Assembly (NCBI GenBank): GCA_016748015.1
Contig: JAAOMT010000523.1
Span: forward strand, 248,001 to 312,000
DNA: 64,000 nucleotides
Source of the DNA: Geosiphon pyriformis uo1
Lineage: Eukaryota; Fungi; Glomeromycota
Reading direction: 5' to 3'
The notes below the pieces were generated by a model, which saw only the letters and a program-made list of their open reading frames with translations, made no database searches and was not told the origin of the DNA. This document shows, one piece after another, positions 12,497 through 25,700 of this stretch. Each line of letters begins with the position of its first letter. The first letter of the stretch is position 1. The position numbers were made by a program, and so were the translations under genes.

Positions 12497-15400
12497 TATT
12501 ATGAGTAAACTTGGTGGGGTATAGTGGTAATGTTTGGTGCTCTAATTTAGTGTTATCTTTCAAGGTTGTCTGCTTTTTCCATCATGTCAATGTTATTAGT
12601 CTCTGAAAGTCTATTCCTGGATGAGAATTTACCTGTTGAGTTCTTTGGTTATAAGACACAGAGTTTTGGGTTTTTGCTGATTACAACTTCTTATAATAGT
12701 GAGCTTTCTTCTCTGAGCTAATGAGCACAGTTATTAGGATCCGGCATTGTCTTTTTGCCTTTTTGGTAAGCTATTAAGATAATGTTAATATTTAAAAACT
12801 TAGAGAGAGCTTTTCTCTTTTACCAGACTATCACAAAGTCTATTTCCAGACAGTCAATTTTTCTATGTTGCCACTTCACAAGAAAAAAATAAAGAAAATA
12901 AAAGAAAATAAAAGAAAAATAAAGAAATAAAGAAAATAAAATAAGAAATAAGTGTCTTGTCAATAGTTATGATCAAGAGCTATTGTGCCAGCAGGTTAAG
13001 TAGTAGATAATAACATGGATTTGAAGAATTAAAGAAATATTTTATTAATATAATTTCATTTTGGTTGATAGTAACTATTCTTAAAAGGAGGAGTATTTAA
13101 TAATTATGATCTGTAAGTCTAATTGACTTTGAGAGTCTAATTAACTTCTAAAAGTCTAATTTTCTCTCTGGATGTCTTTTTAACTTCTACAGCTACTCAT
13201 TTTTATACATTCTTTTTATTCTATAGAATTGTTTTTGATTGCTTTACTATTGCTAACTATTGTTTTGTTATTGCTAGCTATTGCTTGTTATTGCTAGCTA
13301 TTGTTCATTATTGCTAGTTATTGCTTGCATTTGTCTTGTGTTATCTCGAGTTGTACTGCATTTTTCTTGTCACGTTTCTTTGTTACGTTTTTTTATAGCT
13401 TTTTGGTTTTTCTTTTTTTAAAATTAAGCTTCTGTAAAATTATCTATTTTTCTCTCTTGTCTCTATGTTGTTGCCATAATTTCTATTGCTATTTTTAAAT
13501 CTATTTTGGTACATAAATGGTGTTTTTAAACTATAAGGGTCTGTTTAAAATATTTAATTTCAAATCCTGCATTTGTATTATGTGTATGTTTAGTTATAAT
13601 GCCCTCATTATTATCACTAAATTGAGTTAATTCCTGCTCTATTGTAAGATCTAAAAGCATAATATATTGTTTAGTGTTTGAAGCAGAGATTGAATTATTG
13701 TTGTCATTGTCAGCAGAGTTTAAATTATTGTTGTCATCATCAATAGAGTTTGAATTAGGATTAAGTTCTGATTTCAATTCTTGCTGATTGGCTTATCTTC
13801 CTCAGAGTTCGAATATATGATGCATGGAAGTGGATTGTGACTTGGGGCCATCAAATGAGTTTTAATGATTTGTTGATCAATTTTGGTACTGCTGATTCTC
13901 AAATTTTTTTTTTCTCTAAGTCTTTTTTATATTGACACTTGCCCAACACTGACTTTTAGCATGGAAGAAGGCAGTCTTTATACAGATAAGTATGAATCTG
14001 GGTAGTTTTTTTCTGGAATTCTTCTAACAGGTCTTTAAATAATCAGAGTTTTAAATTTCTAGAGGTTTGATGGGTTTTATCTGAGATAAGTTTTCTTGTA
14101 CAATAGCGAGATTAGACTTATTGGGTTTTGAATGTTTAGGTTTTGAATAATCGAATCAGAGTTTTAACTTTAATGAGTTTTACCAAAGGTAAGTTTTTTT
14201 CTACACTAATGGGGTTGGAATTTATTGAGTTTCAAATGTTTGGATTTTGAACTATCAGGTCTTAAAGAATCAGAGTTTTAACAAGTTTTATCGAAAGTAA
14301 ATTTCTTTATACAATAGCAGAGTTGGAATTATCAGGTTTTGAATAATTTTTGGAGTTTTTAATTTTAACAAGTTTTTGAATGATCGGGTCTTAAATAATC
14401 AGAGTTTTAATTTAATAAGTTTTACAAGTTTATTAAAGATAAGTTTCAAATGTTTAGGATTTTAATGATTAGGTTTTAAATAATCGGAGTTTTAATTTAA
14501 TGAGTTTTACAAGTTTATTAAAGGTAAGTTTCAAATGTTCGGGGTTTTAATGATTGAATTTTGAATAATTGGAGTTTTAATTTAACAAGTTTTTCAAAGA
14601 AAATGTTAAAATAAGGATTTTACAAATTCTAAGTGATTTTTCCCTTGTTTTCTCTTGGTCTTTCACTTTTGTAAATTTCTGGGGAGCTTGGTCTCTGTGA
14701 ATTTATAACCTCACAGGGAGCACCAAATGTTACAAGTAAACTTGGTGGGGTATGGTGGTAACATTTAGTGCTCTAATTTAGTGTTATTTTTCAAGATTGT
14801 CTGCTTTTTCTGTCATATCAGTGTTATCAGTCTTTGAAAGTCTATTCTTAGATAAGAATTTACCTGTTGAGTTCTTTGGTTATAAGACACAGAGTTTTGG
14901 GTTTTTGCTGATTACAACTTCTTATAATGGTAAGCTTTCTTTTCTGAGCTAACAAGTGCAATTGTTAAAGTCTGGTGTTGTCTTTTCACTCTTCTGATAA
15001 GCTATTAAGATAACGTTAATATCCAAAAACCTAGGAAAAGCTTCCCTCTTTTACCAAGCTATTACAAAATCTATTTTCAGACAGTTAATTTTCTTATGTT
15101 GTCACTCCACAAAAGAAAAATAAAAAAAATAAAAAAAAATAAAAGTAAATAAAAGTAAATAAAAAAAAAATAAAAAAATAAAAAAAATAAAATAAGAAAT
15201 AAGTGTTCTGTCAATAGTTATGATTAAGAGCTATTGTGCAGTAGGTTAAGTAGTAGATAATAACATGAATTTGAAGAATTGAAGAGATATTTTATTAATA
15301 TAATTCTATTTTGGTTGATAGCAACTATCCTTAAAAGGAAGAGTATTTAATAATTATAGCCTGTGAGTCTAATTGACTCTGAGAGTTTAATTAACTCCTG

Positions 15401-15655
15401 AAAGTCTAATTTTCTTTCTGGATGTTTTTTTAATTTCTACAGCTACTTGTTTTTATATATTTTTTTTATTCTACAAAATTGTTTTTGATTGTTTTACTAT
15501 TGCTAGCTATTGTTTTGTTATTACTAGCTATTGCTTGTTATTGCTAGCTATTGCTCATGTTTGTCCTGTGTTACCTCGAGTTGTATCACATTTTTCTTGT
15601 CATGTTTCTTTGTTATGTTTTTCTATAGTTTTTTGGTTTTTTTATTTAAATAATA
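12497..15655 (-). mobile_element. Internally deleted non-autonomous LTR element (family C)
   Basis: Direct repeats ~12497-13420 and 14728-15655; PBS TGGTGCTCCCTGTGAGG at 14709-14725; TSD ATAA/ATGG, after which the LINE frame (DKIVAISI|NRRIK) rejoins; relics of the Cys-rich and dUTPase region at 13530-14000. Confidence 0.85.
14030..14590. repeat. Degenerate minisatellite in the family C internal region
   Basis: aatc(a/g)gagtttta-like core at 14041, 14154, 14268, 14397, 14482, 14567 (spacing 85-129 bp). Confidence 0.75.
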
Positions 15656-18600
15656 ATGGAAATGGCAACTATTTTGTCATATTGATTGAAATGTTATTAA
15701 TTGAGAAAAAGTCACTGGCAATGTTTAAAATAAATTATGTAGCAGCTTGGCTATTCTCAATTCAGATAGTGTTATTTACAAAAGCTCCAGCCATAAAAAA
15801 AAAGTCATTTTATTTACATTATCAATTCTTCTTATCTTGGCCACAAACTTGGTATCAATTTAGTAATCACATATACTCTCCTGTCTTTTGACTTTATACA
15901 AAAGAGAGTTATAAAAAATTTGCTAAAGAAAAAGAAAAAACATCTTACCTTGATTAAAACTATTTAACACCAGATATTTATTCAAAAGACCAAAATCTGT
16001 TATAATCTTGTTCAATTTATCCTTATGAATCTCACCAAAAAACTTAATAAATCTCTTGCACATTTTGATATGCCACAAACTAGCTTTCAAATAATGCCAA
16101 CCAACCAAATCATACACCTTGTACATATTCTGCAAAACCAACCAAACTTCTTTGCCTTTTTCCAAAACATCCTCAAATATTAAACTGACTGCAAAAATAG
16201 GAGACTGCATCAAAATATCCTTTAAAATAAAGAAGTTATCCTTATAGAGAACACCAAATTTACTGCAGATAAAAGAAATCTGATCCAAAAGAATTTTAGA
16301 AAAAATTTTATGAGCAGCTTTAACCAAAGCAATAGGATGAGTATTTGTTAAGATGCCATCCCATTTGTAAGGTTTGGACATTATTGAAACCCACACTCTC
16401 TTTCATAAAATTGAAACAGTACTCAACTTCAAACACAAATTCAAAAAATCCAAAAAACTCCTAAAAATATTGTTACCACAATGCTTCCACAATTCATTAA
16501 AAATATTACTAAAACCAGCAGCTTTCTTATCTGGTAAGTGTCTGACAACTTGAACCAACTTATTAAAATTGACAACATTTATGATATTAGAGAAAGCATT
16601 ATTATTCATATGCTGTAAAAAAGCATACTAGTAGGTCCAAAGATTAAACAAAGATCCAGAAATTGAATGCTTCCTGGTTCACTCATCTATTATATTATCA
16701 ACTTTAGATTTAACATTGTTAAGATCCAAAACCAGCTCATTATCAACAATTAAATAGTTGAAAATTATTTTATAAAACAGCTTATTTAATATATTTTTGA
16801 TTATATAGTCTTTGTTCAAGCAAAAATTCTCTATTTTTTTATTGATGACACACTTAATAGCAGCAGATTTAGCAGTTTTAGATTCATGCATCTTGGAATA
16901 ATGGTAATTTTTCTTAATACTAGACAAGCAACTAAAAATGTTCATATTACTAATGTTATTATTTAATATGTTCTGAATCTCAAAAGCCTTAACTTTATTA
17001 GCAATTAACCAAGTACCAAGAAGTAAATTAGTCTTAGAAAAATTACCAGATTGAAAAGACTTAACCACTTTAACAACCAATAGTTCTAGCTTAAAAAACT
17101 TAGAAGATTGTTTATTAAAAAAACATTTGATATTACGAAACCAATGTTTAAAAAAAACATTATCAGCCAAATCTATTATTATCTTTTTCAGTAAATTCTA
17201 TCTAGTATCAAGATCTCTACTAGTACTTGCAAATAAAAACTTACCAACTACAGAAGAAAACTTGACAGAAACACACTCTTTAAACAAGTCCATTTAGAGG
17301 CATTTGCACCAGCAATTTTAAACTTTCAATGATTTCTATTAGCTTGTTTGCACAAACTATTCAAATAAAAATCCAAAAATCCACCCAAATTAACTGATAC
17401 TATAACAGTCTTGTAATCTATATTAAAGAAATCAGAAACAGAAACAACTTTATGATTAGCAATTGCCAATAATAAACATTCACTAACAAAAATATAATCA
17501 ATAATTTTTTTGACTCTTTTTGAATTGCTCTATGTAGAAGTTTTGGCCAAATAATAATCTTTAAGCAAATTGACCAAACCCAAATCCAAACAGAATCAAA
17601 AGCTTGCATTTTTATTAAAACCATTTTTATTAAAATCTCCACCCAAGACCACAAAAGTGCTGGTATTAACTGTTTTTGCAATAAAAAAATTAATCTCAAC
17701 TGCCTGACCAAACTTAGTCTCAGCAAAGACACCAGCATACAAGCCTAAAATTGTGACTGAAAGCTTGCTCTTGAAAAGAAGCCAAACTGAAATAACATAA
17801 CCAGACACCTTTTCAATCTTAAAAATATGTCAAGCCAGAAAATTGTTCATAATAATTGCCACTTCAACACCAAGAAAACCCTTATCTAAACCAGATGTAA
17901 ATACTTACACATTATAAAATTTGGTCATAATCAATTGGTTTAATACTAGATCTCAATTTTGTTTCTGTAATTATTAAAATTATATTACCAGAATTGATGT
18001 GTCAACACACAATATCTTCCTGCTTAGCCAGCACATTAATGCCATAAATATTGTATGTAGCAATTTTCCAAACCAAATCACTTATTGGGAAGAAGAAAAC
18101 ATCTGAAAACTCAATTTAGTACACAACTGATTTAATTTTGTTAAAACTAAACCAACAGAAGTCTCAAGAGCCACTAACTTAAACTTTAAACAGCCTATCT
18201 TAATAGTCAGCACTTTCAAACTACTTAGACCCAGAACTGAGACATTAGAGACAATAAAAAAAGGAAGTGAAAACACTAACATAGGGCTGTTCAAAATTAT
18301 AGTCAAACCTGAATTCAAATTAGCAGTCATTGAGATAGTTAAGACATAAAAAAAAGGAAGAAGAGCCAAAGGCACCAATTCCAAATTGCTGAGCTTATAC
18401 ACAATACCATAAATCTGATCCATTAAAAATTTCAAAAAGTGTTCTAAAGAGGCCAAACAAGCATTTAAGAATAATTTATTAGCAGAGATGAGATAAAAAA
18501 TACCACCTGAATTTAAGACACCAAAAAAAGTAGAACCAGAACCAAAACTAAAGTGAGTATTACCAGAAGAACCAGCAAGTAAGATTACTTGGACCCAAGA

Positions 18601-20830
18601 TTTGCCATCAAAGACAGCAGAATGAGAAATTAAAACACTTTTTTCTTATACAACTTGGTGAGCTGAAAGCAAACTTTTTCAAAAGCAACTCTTTTATAGA
18701 ATTTCTTTGATAATAGCAGCACACATATACCTAATGTATTACATTTGAGAGCTAAATGTTCAAAACACTTATACTTCTTATAATAAACCAAATTCATTTT
18801 AGTCTAAAAGATTCTTACACCACCAAAAATCAGCTTCATGTAAAAGGCAAATTCCAAATTTTTATCAAAATCAAAGCCAATCACTAGTACAACAAATTCT
18901 ATTACCAGTTTTTATAGATTTATTTATGACACAAGTTTTTTTATCAGCTTTTTTCAAAAGAGTCCCAAGATTATGTACTGTTGTTCTTACCAGCAAAGTA
19001 AACAGAAACACTCTAAATTGATCCTTAGATGCTCAAATCTCATAATCTCCCACAGTCTTGGTTACATGCACAGAATTTTTTCTGATTAGGAATGACCATT
19101 TTGAGGCCAACTGATTAGCTTGATCCAATTCAGCAAACTCTATTATAGTCTTTTACCACATTTTAATTAATTGAATTTTGATTAACTTAATTTCCCCAAA
19201 TTTAGATACTGTAGTAATAATTATATCTTTAGACATGTCCATGAGAATTTTTTTGATTACTACAGCCCAATTTGATCTTATTTTTTGTTTCTTAAGATTG
19301 CTGTTTATGTTAATTTTTTTCTCCTTAGCCAATAAAGTGACCATTTCCATGCTTTTTTTTGAAGTAAAAGTAGATCAGATAATCCCTTCAAATTTTGAGA
19401 AGGTAGTAATCTCCTTAAAATCATTAATTAATAAAAATAATTTTTTAACAACTTGAATTTTTGCCATAACAGATTTTTTTTTCACAGCACTAAAATTGAT
19501 ATCAAGAGCAAAAAATTTTTTAATAAACACTTCAACTTGAGTTTTGATAATTTTTGGGTTAACTTACTTTTTGTCAAAAGATATCTTAAGAAAAGAAGGA
19601 AGGAGTCTATTACCTTTATTCATACTATAATCAATCAAGTCAAGAGAGAAGCCACAAATTATATCAATATTAATTTTTTTAGCTTTAGGAGTGTTTGCTG
19701 CTAAACTGAGAAAAAAATTATTGCCAATACTAAATATAATATTATTATTTTTACTATCATCGAATATACTGTCCATATTTGAAAACACACTATCATCAAG
19801 ACTAGGTTTGACTAAAAAAATATCTTTCTTGTCTTCAGAATGCTTAACATTACTAACTAAAACTTTTTTTTTTTGGAAAAAAGAACTTTTAATAGAACCA
19901 TGAAGAACCTTCTTAAGTGTTTTTTTTTAGACATAGCACTGTCTAAAGCAGTAGCCAGATTTATTACAAAAAGATTATTTAATTGTAAAATATTTGTAAA
20001 AAATAGCAAGAAAAAATTAAAAACTTCTTTTTTGAAAAATTTGCTCTTTGGAAGATTTGAAAAGTAAAAAAAAAAGAAGTTTTTAGTTTTTTAATTAAGA
20101 ACACAATTTATTTTTTAAAAAAATTTTTTTAAAAAAAATATTTGTTTTAATAAAAAAAGAAATAAAAATAATTTTATATTAAGTATTTTATTTTTATTTT
20201 TTAAACAATCATTAGTTTTAATAATTAAGTTTGAAAACAATTTTTAATTGTTAAAAATTTTTTAGATAAGTAATTTTTATTTTTATGTTTGGTAAAATTA
20301 TAAAAATAAAAAAATTTATATATATTTTTTTTAATAAATATTTAATAAGTATGATTCAAATATTATTTAATATATATAAACAAACTAATTATTCATAATT
20401 AAATATGAATTATGTATTTACTATATGTAATTAGCTATTTAAGTTAACTAAAATTATATTATATATTTATATTAATACAAATATTATTGTTTAAACTTAA
20501 AAAAAAACATTAATTATTTTTAAAATATAATTGTTAATTTAAAATGATAAATTATATTAATAAAAATATAAAAAATACTAAAACATAATAAAGTTTAATA
20601 TTATTAATTATAATTATTAAATTTTATTAGTGTTTTTTAATTTATCAAAATTTTTTTTTATATTTATTTTAAATTTTTAATTAAATTATATCATAAACTT
20701 AAAGACTCTTTCTTTCATTGATCCCCCGGTCACAATGAGAGCTTTGAGTCGTCATTGAAATAGCCCTCCTTTTCCCTTTTCCCTTTAACTCTCTCCAGTT
20801 ATTTCTTCAGACATTCTTCCTTTTGTAGCT

Positions 20831-22786
20831 ATGGAACTGGTGGGCTTTGCTGCTGGTGGTTCTGGGTCCATTTCGACTGGGTTGGGGACTTGGTCTGGTG
20901 TTAAAAATAAGCGTTCAGTTGGTCCTCAATCTTGCAGTGTGTCCTATAAAAAGCCGAAGAAACCTGTGGCGGTTGACGGTTTGGTGGAGTCGTCTGCTGG
21001 TGTCTCGAACGTTATGGATGAAAGTGGTAATGGACCTGATATTGGACAATTGTGGGCTAGTGAGGTCAACAGTGAAGTGGACAGTGTAAGTGGCGTCTCA
21101 AACTTGGATAACTTGGAAAACGTCATCGCTAAGGAAACTAGCTATGTAGAGTCAGATGTTTCAGGTTTGGATGACGACATAAACAATGCCATGCCAAGGA
21201 AGATGCATATCTGCACTTATGTTCTGACTAATAAGCCGCCACCTCTCTCTTTCAATGTTCTAAGTGATGGTAAAGACATGTTGCCTCTTCCAAGTCCTAA
21301 ATTTTGTGAGTCCAATTGCCTTCCTCCGGTTGGGTCACGTGCACTGGAGAAATGGAGTTTTAATTCATCAAAATCATTTGCATTGGATATTGAACTTTCT
21401 GCTGTTCCTGGGAAAACTGTTAGTGATAAGTTGATTTGTGTGAAAAAAATTTTTTATCAAGTTGATGGTTTTGGGGGGACTTCGACTCCCTCAAAATTTC
21501 CTGGAATAATAAGGTCATTATTTACTTCTGAAAAAAGTTTGATTAAGACAAGGGAAATGGCAATCAGTGAAAAATTTTTGGTAAATGATGATCTAAGAAA
21601 AGTAAACAACCATTCGGATTGGGAAGTGATCATCAAGGAAATCTCAGTGGATCTTCCCAAATTGGCAATTGAGGCAGTGTTCTCCAAATTTGGCAAGATT
21701 ATTTCAATCAAAGTGCAGCTTATTGGTCTTTGACAAAAGACCCTAGTAGAATATGAATTATCTGAGATAGCTGATTTGGTCGCGGCTAAATAGTCTGTGC
21801 TCATGGGAAAAGATTCTGTTTGCATGGCAAAGGCAAGTGTTGATAAACAAACGTGAGTATCTAGGGATCAGCATTGGGCATTGCTTTACACTCTTCCAGT
21901 TGGCACCACTGCCCATGATTTGTCTGCTTTGGTGGAGGCCTATGGTGGGAAGACTTGTTTTATTGGCCGTAATCCATCTTCATATGTTCGTGATCAGTGT
22001 GCTGTAATTTGTTTTGAAAGTGAGGCATCCAAGTTGGCTGCTATTGGTTTGGTTCTGGTTTTCAAAGGTGTGGGCTTGCACTGGGCTGGTCTTTCTTTGG
22101 CCAGTTGCGCTCATTGCAAACTGTTTGGTCATACTGCTGTTGATTGCTCTGTGGGTAGAGGGTTTGGTGGTCGTGGAAAACGTGCGGCAACTTCTCAGGA
22201 TAGAGTGCAGTTGGCCAATATTTATAGGAAGAAGCAGGCACCAATTGTCTGCCCAGTTTCTTTTGGTGGAAAGACATGGGCCCAAGTGGCAGGCAGTTCT
22301 CTCTCTCGTGTTGTCTCTTCAGGTGCTCCTGGTGTTGGTTTGATCTCTGGTTCGAAGGCTTTCTCAATGGATCTCTTCTCATCTGGTGCTGCTGATCTAA
22401 GTAGTCACCTAGCTGTGCTGGAACACTCCATGGAAATTCTCTCAGACCAAGTCTTGCTTATTTTAAAGAAATTAAGTTTCGTTGACTTGGTGTCATTGGC
22501 GCCTTCTCTCTCAGCTCTTCCTTTGGTGTCTCCAACTGCCATTGTTTCAGATATGGACTCAGGTTTGGCTTTGGATAGTACGTTGTTATCGTCTGCCTCT
22601 TCTCCTCCCAATGTTGGTGAGTCAATTGTTGATCTCAGTCCAAGCAGTTCTAAGGTTTTAACTGCCAAGATTGGCAGTTTGGAGTCGAATATAGTGGCTC
22701 TTGAGGCTTCAGTTCACTCAGTTTTGGATAGATTAGATCATCTGTGTTCTGGATCGGGTTCATTGGCTTTTCCTCTATCTCAATGA
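20831..22786 (+). pseudogene. LINE ORF1 (RRM-like regions, CCHC knuckle, C-terminal coiled coil), ~651 codons with 3 in-frame stops
   Basis: One frame from ATG 20831; stops at 21731, 21791 and 21854 at apparent Trp codons; CAHCKLFGHTAVDC. Confidence 0.88.
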
Positions 22787-25700
22787 GTAGTTTGGTTTGG
22801 AAGTTTGCTACGTGCAACGTTCAGGGTATCAATGTTCCTGCGAAGTAAGCAGATGTTGTTCGTTGGCATGTGAACTCGGGGAATATGGTTTCTTTTATCA
22901 CTGAGACTAAGTTGAGGTCCTCTTCTGGGCCGTGGATAAAGGACAAATTTGATGGAGTGCGAATATTTTCTTTTGGCTTGGATAAAGGTTTTATGGGTGC
23001 TGGGGTTGTGATTGTTATGAACATTTCTTTGGCCCATCATGTGTCTAAGGTGGAGGAGATTTCTGGTCGGGTTATTTTTGTTCGGCTTCTGTTTAAAGGC
23101 AAGCTCTCAGTTACTGTTTTGGGGTTGTATGCTGGTGCCTCCTCTGGGGCTAGATTTGGTCAGGCTTCTGAAGTTAACTTTCTCATTGCAAAGGCAGTCA
23201 ATTCCAGCAATTTTGTTATCTTGGGTGGGGACTTTAATGAGAATGGATCTGGTCGAAGTGCTAGTTTCAAGTTTTGTTTGAGTTTGGGTTTGGTCAATTC
23301 ATTTGTTGGTCATCATTTGGCTAATTCTTATACATGGAGCAACTCGAAAGGGGTTGGGAAAACGATTGATTATATTTTTGTTGGTAGTAATTTGTCTTCT
23401 GCTGTTGTTGGTCATCAAGTTGTCTCTGTTTCAGATTTCTTTAACACCAATCACAAGGCAGTTGTGGTTTCAGTCAGTTTGGGTGAGCTTCTAGATGTAC
23501 AATTGAATAGTTTGCACAAGCAGGCGAATAAAGATTGTTGGAAGTTCAAAATCAAGAATGCTGACTGTGTTGGATGGACTAAGTTTAAGGATCTTTCATC
23601 AGCAAAACTTTTGTTTTTGGGTAAGATGTTCTCTGGTGCCAAAATACGTGGTGATGTGGATGCTATGTGGACAGTTTTGGTGGGAGCTGTGGTGGATTCT
23701 GCTAATGTGACATTTTCAAGACATTGGTTTAGTGAATTCAAGTATTCAAAGAACAAACATTTTTCTAGGTTTTTTGGTCTGGAATTGTTGGTGGCCAAGA
23801 TTGTCAAGAAATTTTGCTCTGGTGACTTGCTGGGTGCTAATCGTCTTGTGAGTAAATGGTCGACTCTGGATGATGTGAAGGCTCATGCTTTCAAGGACTT
23901 AGTTGGCTCGGGTGTTAAATCTGATGTTGTTGTTAGGCATTTGTTATTGGTTCGCAGAGAGTACAGGAGGTTGAAGATGTTTGAGTCAAGGTTGGCTGAG
24001 GAAGCTTCGGTTAGAAAGGCAATTGAGAAGCGCATAGATAATTTCTGTTCGGATAAGGGTAGTATGATCAGGAGTGTGTTGGAAAAGCCTTTTTACAAGG
24101 TTGTGTTGGATCACTTGATAGTTGATGATGATCTGGTTTTGTTGCCTGAAGAGGTGAAGTCTAGTGTGGATAGAATAATGGAGGGATGGATGAGGAAACG
24201 CTCCATGCAGTCAGTGCTTCCTGGTCTTTGGGCTCATCAGTACGCACTTTTGGACCATGTTCAGGATGATGCTTTTTTAGGTGTTATGAGTGCAATCAGT
24301 ATGGACAAGTTACTTTCTGTTGTTGGTGGTCTTTCTGATGGCAAGGCTGCTGGTTTGTTTGGTGTTCCTAATGAGTTGTGGAAATATGGTGGTGAGGTGG
24401 TTTTGGGATGCCTGTTGGCGCTGTTTAATAAATGTTTGTCTGTTGGTATGGTGCCTGTTTTGTGGAAGAGGGCTTGGGTGTCAATGATTTCTAAGCCTTA
24501 TAACTGGGATGGGGTTCTTACGAACACTCAGCCCATTGCTTTGATTGAGACTGCCAGGAAGATTCTTTCCAAGATTTTGTCTGATCATATTGCAATGGCT
24601 TGTAGCAAGTTCAATGTTCTTCAGGATAACAACTTTTCGGTGCTGAAGGGTATGTCAACACAATCTCTGGTGTTTGCTGTCAGGTCGGTGATTAAGGATG
24701 CCATTGAGAAAGATAAGAAGTTATGGTTGGTCTTGCAAAATATGCGGAAAGCTTACGATTCAGTTGGATGGCATTATTTGAGGGCTAGTTTGCGGCATGT
24801 TAAGATGTGTAAGAGTTTCATAAGGTTTTTTGGTGGTATTCATGAGAATAGAGTTAATAGGGTGATGACTGACTTTGGTTTGTCTGGTAGTTATAAGGTA
24901 CATGATGGGCTGGATCAGGGTAAGGTCTTTTCGCCACTTCTTTGGAGAATTTTTTATGATCCACTTTTGTGTGAAGTTAAGAGGCACGAACAATTGTGTG
25001 AGTACTGGATTGATACTAAGTTTGTTTCAAATCTGGCAGAATTGAGAGTGGTAGTGGTATGACATTGTATTTTTCAGCTGGTGCGTTTGTTGATGATACA
25101 ATCTGGGTTGGAAATTGTCAAGCTTCTACTCAATATGCTCTGAACATTGTCAGTGAATTTTTTGTGATCAATGATATTTCTATCAATAGTGAGAAGATGG
25201 TTGCTATTCCCATCAATCAAGGCGTTAAAGTTGCTTCACTGAACATTTGTGGTCAGCCAATTTCTATTGCCAAGAAAGGGGAAGCACATCGGTATCTGAG
25301 TATTTTTCTGTCAACTGAAGGGCTCTCCAAGCCAAGTGTTGCCAAGACTCATGCGGATGTACATTTCTTCATCAATGTTGTGCTTAGGAAGGCTATTACA
25401 GACAAACAATTCTCCTATCTGGTGTCAGCTGTTTTGCAGCCCATTGTTAGCTATTGTATTCAGTTCAGTTTTGTCTCATCTAATGTTTGTCGCAAGTGGG
25501 ATGTCTTGGTTAGAAAGGGTCTTAGGTCCAAGGCTTGTCTCTCTCATGATTTTCCTGATGCTACTTTGCATCATCCCTCATTATATGGCCTAAAGCCTTT
25601 TGAGCAGGTGCAGTCAGAAGGGAAGGTTGCTGCTTTGATGGCATTCTCTAATGCCTTTGGTATTCTTGGGCGTTTGTTTAGACATAGGTTTTTGGACCTA

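Larger units (their letters stand above)
10240..20050 (-). mobile_element. LINE-2: decayed non-LTR retrotransposon (ORF1; APE-RT-RNase H-zinc finger ORF2), interrupted at 12497-15655
   Basis: ORF fragments homologous to LINE-1 ORF2 (VLGGDFN, WLVLQNMYKVYD, AELQ..LNSQ, WSKVRNHS, LPVAIRKRLYDKCY); ORF1 ATG near 19934. Confidence 0.9.

Noticed and set aside
14030-14590. CRISPR-like repeat-spacer array
   Set aside because: Inter-repeat sequences resemble each other, spacing is irregular, the context is a eukaryotic LTR element and there are no cas genes
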